A stretch of DNA of 63,594 bases, filler included. It is 4 parts of 4 records of this genome, joined end to end, with 100 filler letters (N's around TTAATTAATTAA, not from the genome) between each part and the next. Parts side by side here need not be neighbours in the genome. Positions count along the whole stretch, not along the records: positions 8,036 to 39,946 come from DRR723986_3496; 3 more parts are not named here. One strand, written 5' to 3'. How positions within the stretch are numbered: the stretch's first letter is position 1; every line of letters begins with the position of its first letter. The notes under the pieces were generated by a model. That model saw only the letters and a program-made list of their open reading frames with translations. It was not told the origin of the DNA and did no database searches. Below are positions 9,713 through 21,100 of the stretch, piece after piece. A program made the position numbers and the translations under genes.

Positions 9713-10753
9713 CTAGGCCCGCAGTCTAATTGCGAGGCTGTTGGCGGCCGGGGCCTGGACATTGACTTCAAGGATTCCATCCTTTTCCAAACCGCGTATT
9801 ATGCTGTTTAACCAGGTACGCGTTGCGGAGTCGTCACTGTCCGGCCAGAGTTCCTGAACTTGTGTTTCCTGCAGGACGGCGTGAGCGTCGCGCCATTCAC
9901 CACTATTGGAATTTCGTAAAATTTCAACGATTTTCCCACGCCAGATGCGATTTGGTTTGCCACGAAAGGACGGTTCGGCTTTTTTTGTGGGGCGTGTGGA
10001 CGTCATTTTGCCTGCCGATTCACAGACTTCAGCGAGTACGCAGGCCTCACAACGCGGCTTGTATGCTATACAGACTGTTGCACCCAAATCCATCAAAGCC
10101 TGGTGCCAGCTGTGCGAATTTCCGCTCGGATAAACCTCTTCGGCCAGACGTTCAGTTAACTTGGCGTCGGCGCTTTGATCGCTGCGCTGCATACGCCAGA
10201 ACACGCGTGAATACACGCGCCGAATGTTAACATCCAGCACGGCGATATCTTGTTTAAATGCAAATGAGCAGAGAGCTGCAGCCGTATACGGACCAATTCC
10301 CGGCAGCGCAAGCAGGGCGGCATGGTCGTCGGGGATACGCCCCTGATGTTGTTTAACAATTGTTTTAGCGCAGTCGCGCAGGCGCAGGGCACGGTTGTTG
10401 TAGCCCATTCCCGTCCAGGCGCGCACCATCGTGGCATTATCGGCTTTTGCCAAAGTAAACACGTCTGGAAACTGCTCCAGGAACTCCGGCAGGCGCGTTT
10501 GAACGCGTTGAGTCTGCGTCTGCTGCAGCATAATTTCGGAAATAAGCGTCATGTAGGGCGTGCATTCGGCGCTGCGCCAGATAAAACTGCGCGCATTGTT
10601 TGCATACCAATCGAGTAGCCTATTCTGGACGTTTTGCAGTTTGCGGCGGAATGGCGGCAGGCGCTTAGCTGTTAATGTGTTGCCGTCAGTTTTGGTGTTC
10701 ACGGGCGTGTCATTTTGTGCGCTTCGTTTAGGTGGGGTTTTCTTGTTTGGCAT
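9713..10753 (-). CDS. mutY: A/G-specific adenine DNA glycosylase (short form without the NUDIX-like C-terminal domain)
   Basis: SEIMLQQTQ, WTGMGY, HhH LPGIGPYTA, DVNIRRV, and the 4Fe-4S motif C-x6-C-x2-C-x5-C (CIAYKPRCEACVLAEVC). Confidence 0.9.
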   Translation of the reverse strand: MPNKKTPPKRSAQNDTPVNTKTDGNTLTAKRLPPFRRKLQNVQNRLLDWYANNARSFIWRSAECTPYMTLISEIMLQQTQTQRVQTRLPEFLEQFPDVFTLAKADNATMVRAWTGMGYNNRALRLRDCAKTIVKQHQGRIPDDHAALLALPGIGPYTAAALCSFAFKQDIAVLDVNIRRVYSRVFWRMQRSDQSADAKLTERLAEEVYPSGNSHSWHQALMDLGATVCIAYKPRCEACVLAEVCESAGKMTSTRPTKKAEPSFRGKPNRIWRGKIVEILRNSNSGEWRDAHAVLQETQVQELWPDSDDSATRTWLNSIIRGLEKDGILEVNVQAPAANSLAIRLRA

Positions 10754-10882
10754 TGTGTTAGAAGCCGAAAGTATGAGTTAAAGTCATAATCCACTAAACT
10801 GCAAGACTCAGAAACGCGCTGCACCGCTGCGAGCGTTCATGTACATATTTTACGACTGTCAACATCAGTTTAACACCAGATT

Positions 10883-13465
10883 CTAAAGAGGTACACCGAT
10901 TGCAAAGTACGCCAGTAAAGGGCCCAGCACCGCCGCATCGGGCGTGCGCGTAAAGTAGAAGCTGCGCCCCACCATTACCCAGGCCGGACCGAGCGGAGAG
11001 TCAAACCCAAGGCCGGCACCCGCACCATGTTTAAGTTGACTGACGCGAATTTCCGTCGGACGTCGCCAGATAGAGCCGATATCGTAGCGCGCTGTAAAAT
11101 ACGTGTCAAAGAATACGGAGATGGGTGACTTAACGCGGTACTGCAGTGAGGCGACGGCCATCTGCGAACCGCGATCCTCGTTCTCGCGATATCCCAAAAA
11201 GTCGTTAATTCCGCCGATGCTGAAAAGCTCGGGGCGCGGCGTTGTCAGGTCGGCAAACCCAAAGCTGAGGCGCGGGCGCAATGTGTGACTACCGGAGCTG
11301 ATGTACTGCTCGTAATTCATTGTGGCTTTTGCAAAAGAAAGATCATTGTTTAAGGCTGTAATCGAACTCTCAAAGCCAAGCGAAACAGAGCGGCCGTTGC
11401 GCGTGAAGTCGACACGGTCACGCGAATCAAATTCCAGGCCGAACTTGATTGTGGAGAGCAGGTCAAAGTCTGGGATATTGGTTGTTCCGGCACGATACGC
11501 GCGCTGGAATTCGTAGCGAAACTCAGTTGTAAACATGGCAGTTTTGCTGAAGCGCCGGCCAAAAGAGGCGGTCGCACCATAACGGTCAAACCACTCTTCG
11601 CCGGCGCGTGCGCGTTGGTAGGAGTTGGCGTCCACCTGAATACGCTCGCCATACAAGCGGTAGAGCACGGTAGAATAGTACACGCTGATGCCGCTGGTGA
11701 AAGGCGTATCAAACAGGCGCGGAATTGAGATGTCAATCGCTGAGTTTAAGTTGCGTTCGCCACCGGCGGCACGTAGTTTAAACGTAAGTCCGGAGTTAAA
11801 CAGATTAATATCTGAAAACTCTGCGCCAAGCTGGGAGTTGCGCTCGTCATCGATACGCAGGCCCAGCCGGAGGAACTGGGAACCGCGCTCACGCACGCGA
11901 ATCAGGACGGCAATACTGTCGTTGCGCCAGCGCGGAGTAAGTGTAACTTCGCTAAACAACTCAGTACCAAGTAAACCGCGCCAAGCACTGAGTGCCGCCT
12001 CTGAGTTAAAGATTTCACCTTGCGGCAGCGCGACTTCCCGCAAAATTTGATCCGCGTCAACTTCCTGATTGCCGCTAACCTGGAGTGTGGAAATATAGCC
12101 CATACGGCAACGCACATCCAAGCTCGCGTCGCTGCTGTTAAACTGAAATCCGGCAACCCCGGCCAGGGAATATTCGCGTTCGCGGAACCAGTCGGCCACC
12201 GTGCCCAGTATTTCCTCGCGCAGGTCTTCAGCGTCGATGCGATTGTTAAACTTGTTTAAGTCACTTTGGAGTTGCAGTGCCAGAGTTTCCTGGATGCCGG
12301 TGACTCTAATCTGCTCAATTCTGCGTCCGCTTGCGTCCGGATCGAAACTTGTATTGGCGGCATCAAATTCCAGGCCATTGGAGTTGGAAGCAATATACTT
12401 GCCGCTAGACGGTGAATCCCGGAACTCTTCGAGTGAGTCGCGCAGATTGGATAGCTGCGCCTGGATGGACGGCAGCGCCAGTCTGGCGGCGGCCGCACCT
12501 GCGTCGATAAGAGAGTCCAGATTGTCAAAGTCATCGCTGCCATGGTCGCTGATCAACGGTTCAATCAAAACGTCGGCCAGCAGTCGATCCTCGGCTGCAC
12601 GTTGTTTGATCATTGCAGTCACGGCCTGGTCGGCCACCGCCCAGGGTGTATTCAGTCCCGTTCCGGGGCGCAGCGGCGATGTGGTGTTGACGGCTACAAT
12701 CAGGTCAGGCGAATGTGCCTCGGCTGCGCGCACGGGAATGTTGGCGAGCAGACCGCCATCGACCAATAACATGGAGTCGAGTTTTATCGGCGTAAACAGC
12801 AGGGGAACGGCCGCGCTGGCCCGAATCGCAGTTACAATGTCGCCATCGTGCAGCACTACACTTTGCCCACGCACCAGGTCGGTTGCTACGGCATAGTAGG
12901 GAATCTTTAGGTCTGCAAAACTTTCGCCGGCATGATAGCGGGCGTTCCACATCAGTCTGGTAACAAATTCTTTGAACTGCGATCCAGAAGAAATCGCCTC
13001 GGGAATAATCAATTCAAAGTTGTCGAAGCGCAGGGTGATGAGGCTGCGGTCATTTTCCAGTTTCTGATCCAGAAACTGGTCTTTGCGGCGGTTCTCCTCG
13101 TTAGTGGCAAGAATGCCGGACCATTCCGTGTTGCGTACAATCGAGTCGAGTTCCATGGCCGTATAACCGGCGGCGTAGAGTCCACCGACTACCGCACCAA
13201 TCGATGTTCCGACGATCAGGTCCACTTCAATGTCTGCCTCTTCCAAAACCTTGAGGACACCAACCTGTGCAAAGCCACGTGCTCCGCCGCCACTGAGGAC
13301 AAGTGCCACGCGCGGGGAATTGTTTGAGTTGTGTTGCCCTGTTGCCTGGTCGGTACGGATCTGTGGTTCAGCCTGCATCGCCGCAGCATGCAGCTCGGGT
13401 GTGCCGGTCAGTTCCCCAAAAAGCAGGGAAGCGATGAGAAAGATCAAAAAGTGCGCACGCAACAT
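10883..13465 (-). CDS. Patatin-like phospholipase fused to POTRA and an Omp85/BamA-type barrel (PlpD / type Vd-like)
   Basis: Signal peptide; LSGGGARG, GTSIG, DGG catalytic motifs; POTRA-like ISTLQVSGN..ILRE; barrel with FSIGG..FLGYR (VRGY-like loop) and terminal strand YFAIGVPL. Confidence 0.9.
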   Translation of the reverse strand: MLRAHFLIFLIASLLFGELTGTPELHAAAMQAEPQIRTDQATGQHNSNNSPRVALVLSGGGARGFAQVGVLKVLEEADIEVDLIVGTSIGAVVGGLYAAGYTAMELDSIVRNTEWSGILATNEENRRKDQFLDQKLENDRSLITLRFDNFELIIPEAISSGSQFKEFVTRLMWNARYHAGESFADLKIPYYAVATDLVRGQSVVLHDGDIVTAIRASAAVPLLFTPIKLDSMLLVDGGLLANIPVRAAEAHSPDLIVAVNTTSPLRPGTGLNTPWAVADQAVTAMIKQRAAEDRLLADVLIEPLISDHGSDDFDNLDSLIDAGAAAARLALPSIQAQLSNLRDSLEEFRDSPSSGKYIASNSNGLEFDAANTSFDPDASGRRIEQIRVTGIQETLALQLQSDLNKFNNRIDAEDLREEILGTVADWFREREYSLAGVAGFQFNSSDASLDVRCRMGYISTLQVSGNQEVDADQILREVALPQGEIFNSEAALSAWRGLLGTELFSEVTLTPRWRNDSIAVLIRVRERGSQFLRLGLRIDDERNSQLGAEFSDINLFNSGLTFKLRAAGGERNLNSAIDISIPRLFDTPFTSGISVYYSTVLYRLYGERIQVDANSYQRARAGEEWFDRYGATASFGRRFSKTAMFTTEFRYEFQRAYRAGTTNIPDFDLLSTIKFGLEFDSRDRVDFTRNGRSVSLGFESSITALNNDLSFAKATMNYEQYISSGSHTLRPRLSFGFADLTTPRPELFSIGGINDFLGYRENEDRGSQMAVASLQYRVKSPISVFFDTYFTARYDIGSIWRRPTEIRVSQLKHGAGAGLGFDSPLGPAWVMVGRSFYFTRTPDAAVLGPLLAYFAIGVPL

Positions 13466-13761
13466 GTTAGGCAACCGGGATTAGGCAAATCAGGCGGAAC
13501 TTCCAGGGCCGGGAAACTAGGCGGCCCAAATATAATCAACAATTGGCAAGAGAGCGGCGTTTGCACCGGCTTCTTACAGCAACTTCGTCAGCATTAGTCG
13601 GCTGGTGAAGGTCTGATATTGTCCCATTAGAGAGAATCATTTGGCAGCGAAGAGTTGCATTCTGCCGCGAATAATCCTGGCGGCCTACTTGCATACCGTA
13701 TTCACAAAAATTCCAGGGCTGAAGCGCCAATGATCAGGGGGAAATTCCAGCGCTGAAATTT

Positions 13762-13778
13762 CCGGTATGGTATTTGCA
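13762..13778 (+). promoter_or_regulatory. Candidate sigma-54 (-24/-12) promoter
   Basis: ccGGTATGgtatTTGCA: GG at 13764-65 and GC at 13776-77 separated by exactly 10 nt, close to the TGGYAYR-N4-TTGCW consensus; about 175 bp upstream of the glycosyltransferase operon. Confidence 0.55.
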
Positions 13779-13951
13779 CGAAGCAGCTGGAGGACTGTGT
13801 AAGTCAAGTTGGATGCAGCGCTTAAGCGTGGTCAGCACTCCGGCAAAGGGAAACACACAGAAATCAAAAAGCCTGGCAGAGAACAGAGGCGCCAAGTGAG
13901 GCTATTTGTTCATTGGTGAATAATCACCAGAAAATAATCGCGGCAGCAGCT

Positions 13952-15139
13952 ATGAACGACCTGGAACTTCAGCAACTGGTGGCGGACCGCCCAAACCAGA
14001 CTAGTGAGCTGTTCGACTGGAATAGCTTTTACGGCTACAATCGGGCAATGAAGTTATATGCGGGCTACGCGCCGGAGCACCCATCCAAGTATGTACTTGA
14101 GCATGGCGCGGGACTGGCGGGCAAACGCATTGGCGACCATGAGCGGGACTCAACACTCCCGGCAATGGTCTCCATTTCTTCCGGGCGTTTCAAAACCCTG
14201 CGCGGACTGACGAACAAAGCGCTCTTCAGTGTCGGGAATTATCTGTACTACGCAAACCAGGCGTTGAGCCCGGCCGAAATTGTGGCGGAGAAAGCGCGCC
14301 TGGGGCGCAACCTGCTCGTATTTCCTTCGCATTCCACACATCATGTCGATGCTGAGTATAGCGTTACGGACTTCTGCAATCACCTGGAAAAAATTGCGCC
14401 GCAGTTTGATACTGTGCGCGTCTGTCTGTACTGGAAGGATGTGCAGCGTGGCCTGGGGCGTCAGTTTGCCGAACGCGGATTTGAATGTTTGACGGCCGGA
14501 CACATGTTTGACCCCGGATTTGTAAACCGCCTCAAGAGTTTGCTGACGGTGGCCACGTGCACGATGGCAAATAACGTTGGAAGTTCACTGGCCTTTTCAC
14601 TGGCGATGGACACGCCGCACCGCGTCTATTTTCAAGATTTGGAGTTTAAGGCGCACACCCCGGCGGAAGAACAGAAACATCAGAACTTCGGCGACCCGGC
14701 CTGGCAACAGAGCGCCTACTTCCAGGAAGTACATACCTTGTTTTCCGGAGAGCCGGACGACACAATCAGCGCGGCGCAGCAGGCGTTTGGCGAACGTTAT
14801 TGTGGTGTCGGCGAGCAGAAGTCATCTGTTGAACTACGCGAAATTTTTGAACTGACCGAAGACATGTATCGGCGCGGCGGACACTACGCGCGCAAGAGCA
14901 AAAAAATTATGGCGCTGCACTGCGTGGAGCTGCTTAATGAAGAACGCGATGACGATGCACGCACCTTACTGCGTGAGGCCGCCAAGGTTTACCCAAGCGA
15001 CAGTGGATTTATCTACGCGGCAGCTTTTGCACTGGCCCGCAGGGGCGAAACGCAGGAAGCTCTGCGCAGGATAGACCAGGCGCCGGAAGTTTCGACGCCC
15101 GGTCTGCGTTTGTTGCGCCACGAATTGGAGGCTGCCTGA
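13952..15139 (+). CDS. Uncharacterised protein, possibly GT-B-fold glycan-modifying enzyme, with a C-terminal TPR-like helix pair
   Basis: Long ORF ending 2 bp before the giant glycosyltransferase; conserved-looking blocks LEHG, VFPSHSTHH, VCLYWKD, TAGHMFD, NNVGSS. Function is inferred from context only. Confidence 0.55.
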   Translation: MNDLELQQLVADRPNQTSELFDWNSFYGYNRAMKLYAGYAPEHPSKYVLEHGAGLAGKRIGDHERDSTLPAMVSISSGRFKTLRGLTNKALFSVGNYLYYANQALSPAEIVAEKARLGRNLLVFPSHSTHHVDAEYSVTDFCNHLEKIAPQFDTVRVCLYWKDVQRGLGRQFAERGFECLTAGHMFDPGFVNRLKSLLTVATCTMANNVGSSLAFSLAMDTPHRVYFQDLEFKAHTPAEEQKHQNFGDPAWQQSAYFQEVHTLFSGEPDDTISAAQQAFGERYCGVGEQKSSVELREIFELTEDMYRRGGHYARKSKKIMALHCVELLNEERDDDARTLLREAAKVYPSDSGFIYAAAFALARRGETQEALRRIDQAPEVSTPGLRLLRHELEAA

Positions 15140-15141
15140 AA

Positions 15142-18100
15142 ATGCAAAATCCACAAGTCAAAGAACCTCAGGCAAGCAGTCCGTCGTCAGCATCTGTGCC
15201 GTCAGTTGGCAAGCCCGTCCATGTGCTGCACGTCATTCAGGCACTGACGCTGGGTGGCGCCGCGCGCTCCATGATTGCCACCTCCAAGTATTCAGCGCGC
15301 CAGGGCGCGTACAAACACTCAATTGTTGCACTGCACTCAAGCGAGGAAGCTGCGGCTGAACTCGCCAGAGCCGGTGGGATCAGTGATATACATGTGGCGC
15401 CGGATGACAGCACATTGGATGGCCTGATGCAAGCCGCAGATATCGTGCAGCTGCATTGGTGGAATACTCCCGAGACTGAAAGATTTCTGCGGCGGGACTT
15501 GCCGCCCATGCGCCTGGTAATCTGGTACCACGTGGCGGGTGATGGTGCGCCGCACATAATAACGCCGCAGCACTCTAACATGGCGGACTGCAATATTCCC
15601 TGCAATCCGTTTACCTGTAATGATCTGCCGGTCTTCAGAGATGCCTCGCCGGAGTTTAAGTCTCAGCGCATTCGCATGGTTTACGATGCTGCCGACTTTG
15701 ACCGTCTGCAGGGCGGCGCACTGCGCGCACATGCCGGATTCCGCGTTGGTTATATTGGCACCGTCGACTTCTTTAAGATGCACCCGGACTATGTTAAAAT
15801 GAGCGCCGCCGTGCGCGTGCCGGATGTGAAATTTGTCGTCTGTGGCGGCGGTAAACAAGAAATACTACGTGAGCAGGCCCAGGCGCTGCAGGCCGAATTG
15901 CGCTTTGAATTCCGCGGTTATGTTAACGACATCAAGAGTGTCATTGAAGAATTTGACGTCTACGGTTACCCTCTCTGCGAACACACCTATGCAGCGGCGG
16001 AGTTAAACCTGCAGGAAGTGATGTTCATGGGCGTCCCGCCGGTTGTTTTCCCCTATGGTGGAGTTAAACAACTCGTGCAGCATGAAGAGACAGGACTAAT
16101 AGTTCATAGCCCGCAAGCATACAGCGAAGCTATCGAGTACTTGCATGCCAAACCCGAGGAGCGTTTCCTTCTGGGGCGCAATGCACAAGCGTACGCGGCA
16201 TCCGTATTTGGTGCCGAAAACGCGGCGCGTGATCTGAACGACGCTTATGCGATGTTAATGCAGCGTGATAAACGTCTGCGCATTCACGGACGCGATGCCG
16301 GGCAGTCTTTACTTAAACAGGACGTCTCGTATTACGACGTAGATAATCAGACCGCCGCGCCATCCTGGGAAGTTTTTGTTGAGTCACTGGGTGAACATGG
16401 TCTGGTCTTCCGCCGTTCGGCGGAGTCAGACGATGAGCGTGAATTATTTGAGGCCGACAGTCAAATCTCTGCGTCTTCAGCCTTGCTGTTTGACACGGGG
16501 ATTAAGGCCTATCGGCTGCATGACGGCGAGGATGCGGTTCTGCGTTTTTGGACGGGACTTGTTTTACTTAAACAGGGCGACCCCGCCGCCGCGAGTGAAT
16601 TTGCCGCTGCATATCAGACTGGACTGCAGCACTGGCGTGTTCTGTGGTACTTGGCGCAGGCGCTCGGCATAAGTGACCAGAAAGACCAGGCCGATGCTTT
16701 GATGCGCCAGCTGCGAGCCGCAATTCCAGATATTGATCAGCGTGTGCCACAACAGTCACAAGCTGCCCACACGCCGGAAAAATCAAGTGTTAACAGGGCA
16801 GCTAGTACTGGGGGCGAGCCTGTAGATAATCAATCATCACCTGCAGCAACGCAGGCCAAAGGGGCCCATGCCACACATGCCGGTGCTGACCCAGACCCTG
16901 TCAGTTCATCTCCACGCTCTGCACTGGAGTCGGAGTACCTGGTATCTGCTGTTGTTTCTACTTATGCTTCAGAGGAATTTCTGCGTGGCTGCCTCGAAGA
17001 GTTAACTGGGCAGACCTTGTTTAAGCAGGGGAAACTGGAAATCATCGTCATCGACGCAGCCAGCCCCGAAAACGAAGCTGCAATAGTGCAGGAATACTTA
17101 AACACACATTCGCACATTGTGTTTGAGCGCACGCCGCAGCGTGAGAGTTTGTATCATTCGTGGAATCGTGCCTGCCGCATGGCGCGTGGCACATACATCG
17201 TGAATGCAAATGCCGATGACCGTCGTCGTTCCGACTGCTTTGAAATTCTGGCCGCAGGCCTCGAGTTTTCCGGCGCCGGCATTGCCTATTCTGATGTTGC
17301 CTACAGTCAGATAGCCAACAAACCATTTGATGAGGCGGTGCAGGGCGTCTGGCGTTTTCCCGCATTTGATCCGCGTCTGGGGCTGCACTACTGCATGGGC
17401 TGTTTTAGCATCATGTGGCGCAAAATTGCATGGGAAGCCCTGGGGGGATTTAACGCCGAAGCCTATGAACTGGCGGCCGACTACGACTTTTTTACGCGCG
17501 CCGCCCTGCAGTTTGGTGCTATTCACGTGCCGGAAGCAGTCACGATGGCGCTGCTGCATGACAAACAGCAATCGAAGCGCGAAGAGCGCATGAATGCGGA
17601 GTCTGAGGCAATTCGTGCGGCATTTGCGGAACTGCCACTCTATGAAATATTTGGTGGCGCTAAACTGGATAGTCCCGCCGAGCGTGCATCTGCATATCTG
17701 GAACTTGGCAACGCCGCGATGACACTTCGCGAACCGTGGTACGGTGATCATCAGGTCGCCATTAAACCACAGGCGGCGGCACGTTGGTATCAGCTTGCTT
17801 TGGCTGAAGTTGAGAATTACGCGCCGGCTCTGTTTAACACGGCAATCCTGACTGCCATCGTCGGCAAAGGTGACGTTGCGCTTCAGCTACTGGCACAGGT
17901 TGAAGCAGCGACAGGGAGCGAATTGAAGTCAGAATTGGCTGCGGCACATGACTTCTGTTCGCGTGCCGGTGCGATTACGATGGATATGTTGTTGGAGTTG
18001 CCGCTCCTGCCGTCGGGGTTCGCATGGCCACCTGATTCGGCCGCCGAATTTGAGTCAATGAACGTCACGTCCGTCGCTGATGAACAAGCCCCTGAATCAA

Positions 18101-21100
18101 CAATTGAATCTGTCCCTAAGTCGGCGACTGAGTCTGTCCCTAAGTCGGCTACAGAGTCGGCAACTGAAGCGCGCAGTGATTCTGTACCTGAATCTTCGCC
18201 AGTCTCGGCAGCAGCAACAGAAGTGCAAACGGATACGGCCGGTGGTCGGCGTGTTCTGTTTACCATGTTCGGTTGGGATGAGAGCGGCGGCGGCACGATG
18301 TTCCCGCGTTCAGTAGCTGAAGAGTTGGCGCGCCGCGGTAACAACCTGGGTGTTTTATATGCCGGAGCCAAACATCCGCAAAACTCACAGCCCTACTTTC
18401 TGGAATACAAGCGCTCCGCCGCCGGAGTAGAGCTCTTTGGATTGTTTAACCGACCTACGCAATTTCTGGATGTCGCCGATCCACAGCGTGAAGCCGAAGA
18501 TGACCGTGTTGTGATGGCAATGACGGCGGTGCTTGAAGGTTTTCAGCCTGAAGTAGTGCACTTTCACAACTTCCTGGGCCTGTCCTTTGCAATCGCACGC
18601 CTGGCACACGAACGCGGAATTCCAACGGTTTACACGCCGCACAACTATCACATGATTGATCCGGCGCTGTACCTGATTAACAGTGATCTGCGCCGCTGGC
18701 AGTCTACCGACTTCCTCAAAGAGTCGGAGTTGGCTGCAACCCAAAATCAGGCCGACTGGCAGGTTCGTATTGATGCCGCCCGGCTGGCGCTAAACGATCA
18801 TATCGATTGCACGATTGCAGTCTCACGCCGTGTTAAACAACTGTTGCTGGACTTTGGTGCGCCGGAGGACAAGACCTTCGTTGTACATCAAATGCCGCAG
18901 AGTACAGAGGTGATCCTGGCAGCGGCCACGCCCAAACAGATTAAACATCAGCCGCTGCGTTTTGGTTTTATCGGCGCCATGATTCCGCATAAAGGTGTGC
19001 ACATTCTGGTGCAGGCCATGCAATTAATTCCGCCCGGCGCTGCCGAATGCTGGGTTTACGGTTATGGCAGTGCCGAATACAAAGACGCGCTTAACAAAAT
19101 TGACGGCAAACAGACGATTCGCTGGCAAGGTGAATACTCGATCAGTGATTTGCCGCAGATCGCTGCAGAACTGGATGCTGTCGTAATTCCAAGCGTCTGG
19201 GAAGAATGTGCCGGATTGGTTTTGGCCGAAAGCCTCTCAGCCAACTTGCCGATAATTGCAAGTGACATCGGTGGCACGCCCGACTTCGTGCACGACGGAG
19301 TTAACGGCCGCCTCTATCCCTGTGACGATCCGCAGGCTCTGGCCGCAGTGCTGCTGGAGTTTGTTCAAGACGCACAGGCCTTGCTGCGTCTGGCAAATCG
19401 TGGTGTCAGTCACCGCTTTGCAGACTATATCGATCATGTTGAAATGCTCTACGGCATGTTATTTCGCCGCGAGCCGCTCGACCCTGACCGCGTTAACTTT
19501 AAGCCCGCCATCAACGGCACTGTTAAACATGACGCTGCTGAAACTGAGCGCGCAGGCGCGCCTCAAACAAGAAGTCATGGCCAGGGCTCATATCAGCCGG
19601 AAGGTAAACAAGAACGTCAGCCGGAAGTGAATCAGGCAAGCCGCCAGGAACGTCGGGAGAAACCGCCTGGACGTCAAGCAGAACAGCAAGCAGGGCAAAA
19701 GTTAAGTGCTGAAATTAACGCACGCATGAATCAGGCCCAGGAAATTGCCGGTGGTTTTGCAACCAGTCCGGCAAGTGGTATACTGCCAGATCCTTTGCCC
19801 GCGCCGCTCTACTTAAACGTGGGCTGCGGCAAAGATGTGCGCGAAGGGTTTGTTAATATCGATTTGTTTAGTGATGATCCGCGTGTTGTTGCGATGGACG
19901 TCCGCGATCTGGACCTGCCGGATGCTTGTGCCGACGCGCTGCTGGCCAGCGACATCCTGGAACACTTTTCACATCGTGAAACACGTGCGGTACTGACGGA
20001 ATGGTCACGTGTTCTCAAGCCCGGCGGTGAATTAATTATCCGCTGCCCCTCACTGCGTTTGCAGGTGCAGGCTTATATGCGTGGCGACTGGGATGCGGAC
20101 ATTGCTTCGTACATGATTTTTGGCGGGCAAACCAATCCCGGTGATTATCACTGTATCGGATTTGACGAGCCTTCGATCCGCCGCCACCTCTCTGCCTGTG
20201 GTTTAACAGTCGAAAGTTTTGAAGAAGCCGACACGCCGCAAGACAAAGGTTTTATTAACCTTAACATGACTGTGCGTGCACGCAAGGCGCAACTTGTAAC
20301 GACTGCGCCGCCGGATGCCGAACTGAATATCGCCTGGGAGGGTTCGCAATTTGTGCAGCATTCCCTGGCTTTGATTAACCGGCAGCAATGCCTTAACCTG
20401 ATCAAGTCCGGTCTGGCGAACCCATTAATTATTCCCTACGAAAATGACACCTTTGACGCCGGTGAGGACAAAGACTTACTGCTCTTAAAGTCCTATGATG
20501 TGCGTCACCGCGATCCAGGCCGTATGACGGCACCAAGTGTTTGGGTGCGGCACCAATGGCCGCCAAGTGCCGACCGTCCGCAACATGGCAAGTGGGTTAT
20601 TAATCAACCCTGGGAGTTCTCGGCCCTACGTCGTGACTTTGTGGAGTTGTTTAACCGGGTAGACGAAGTCTGGACGCCTTCTACATTCTGCCGTGACGTA
20701 TATGTTAAGGCAGGTGTAGCCGCCAACAAAGTCCAGGTTGTGCCAAATGGAATTGACCCGCAGCTGTTTACACCGCAGGGGCCGCGTTATGAGTTGCAAC
20801 ACAATAAACGCTTTAACTTTCTGTTTGTTGGCGGTACAATTTTCCGCAAGGGAATTGACATTCTGTTAACTGCATTTGCGCGGACGTTTAACAGTGATGA
20901 CGATGTCTGCCTGGTCATCAAAGACATGGGCGGCAACAGTTTCTACAAGGGGCAGACTGCGCGTGAGCACATTGACAAATTACGTGCGCAGCCGAATGCT
21001 CCGGCCATCGAATATATTGACTCCATGTTAACAGACGCGGAATTGGTTAGTCTCTACCGCGCCTGTGATGTTTTTGTGACACCCTATCGCGGTGAAGGTT

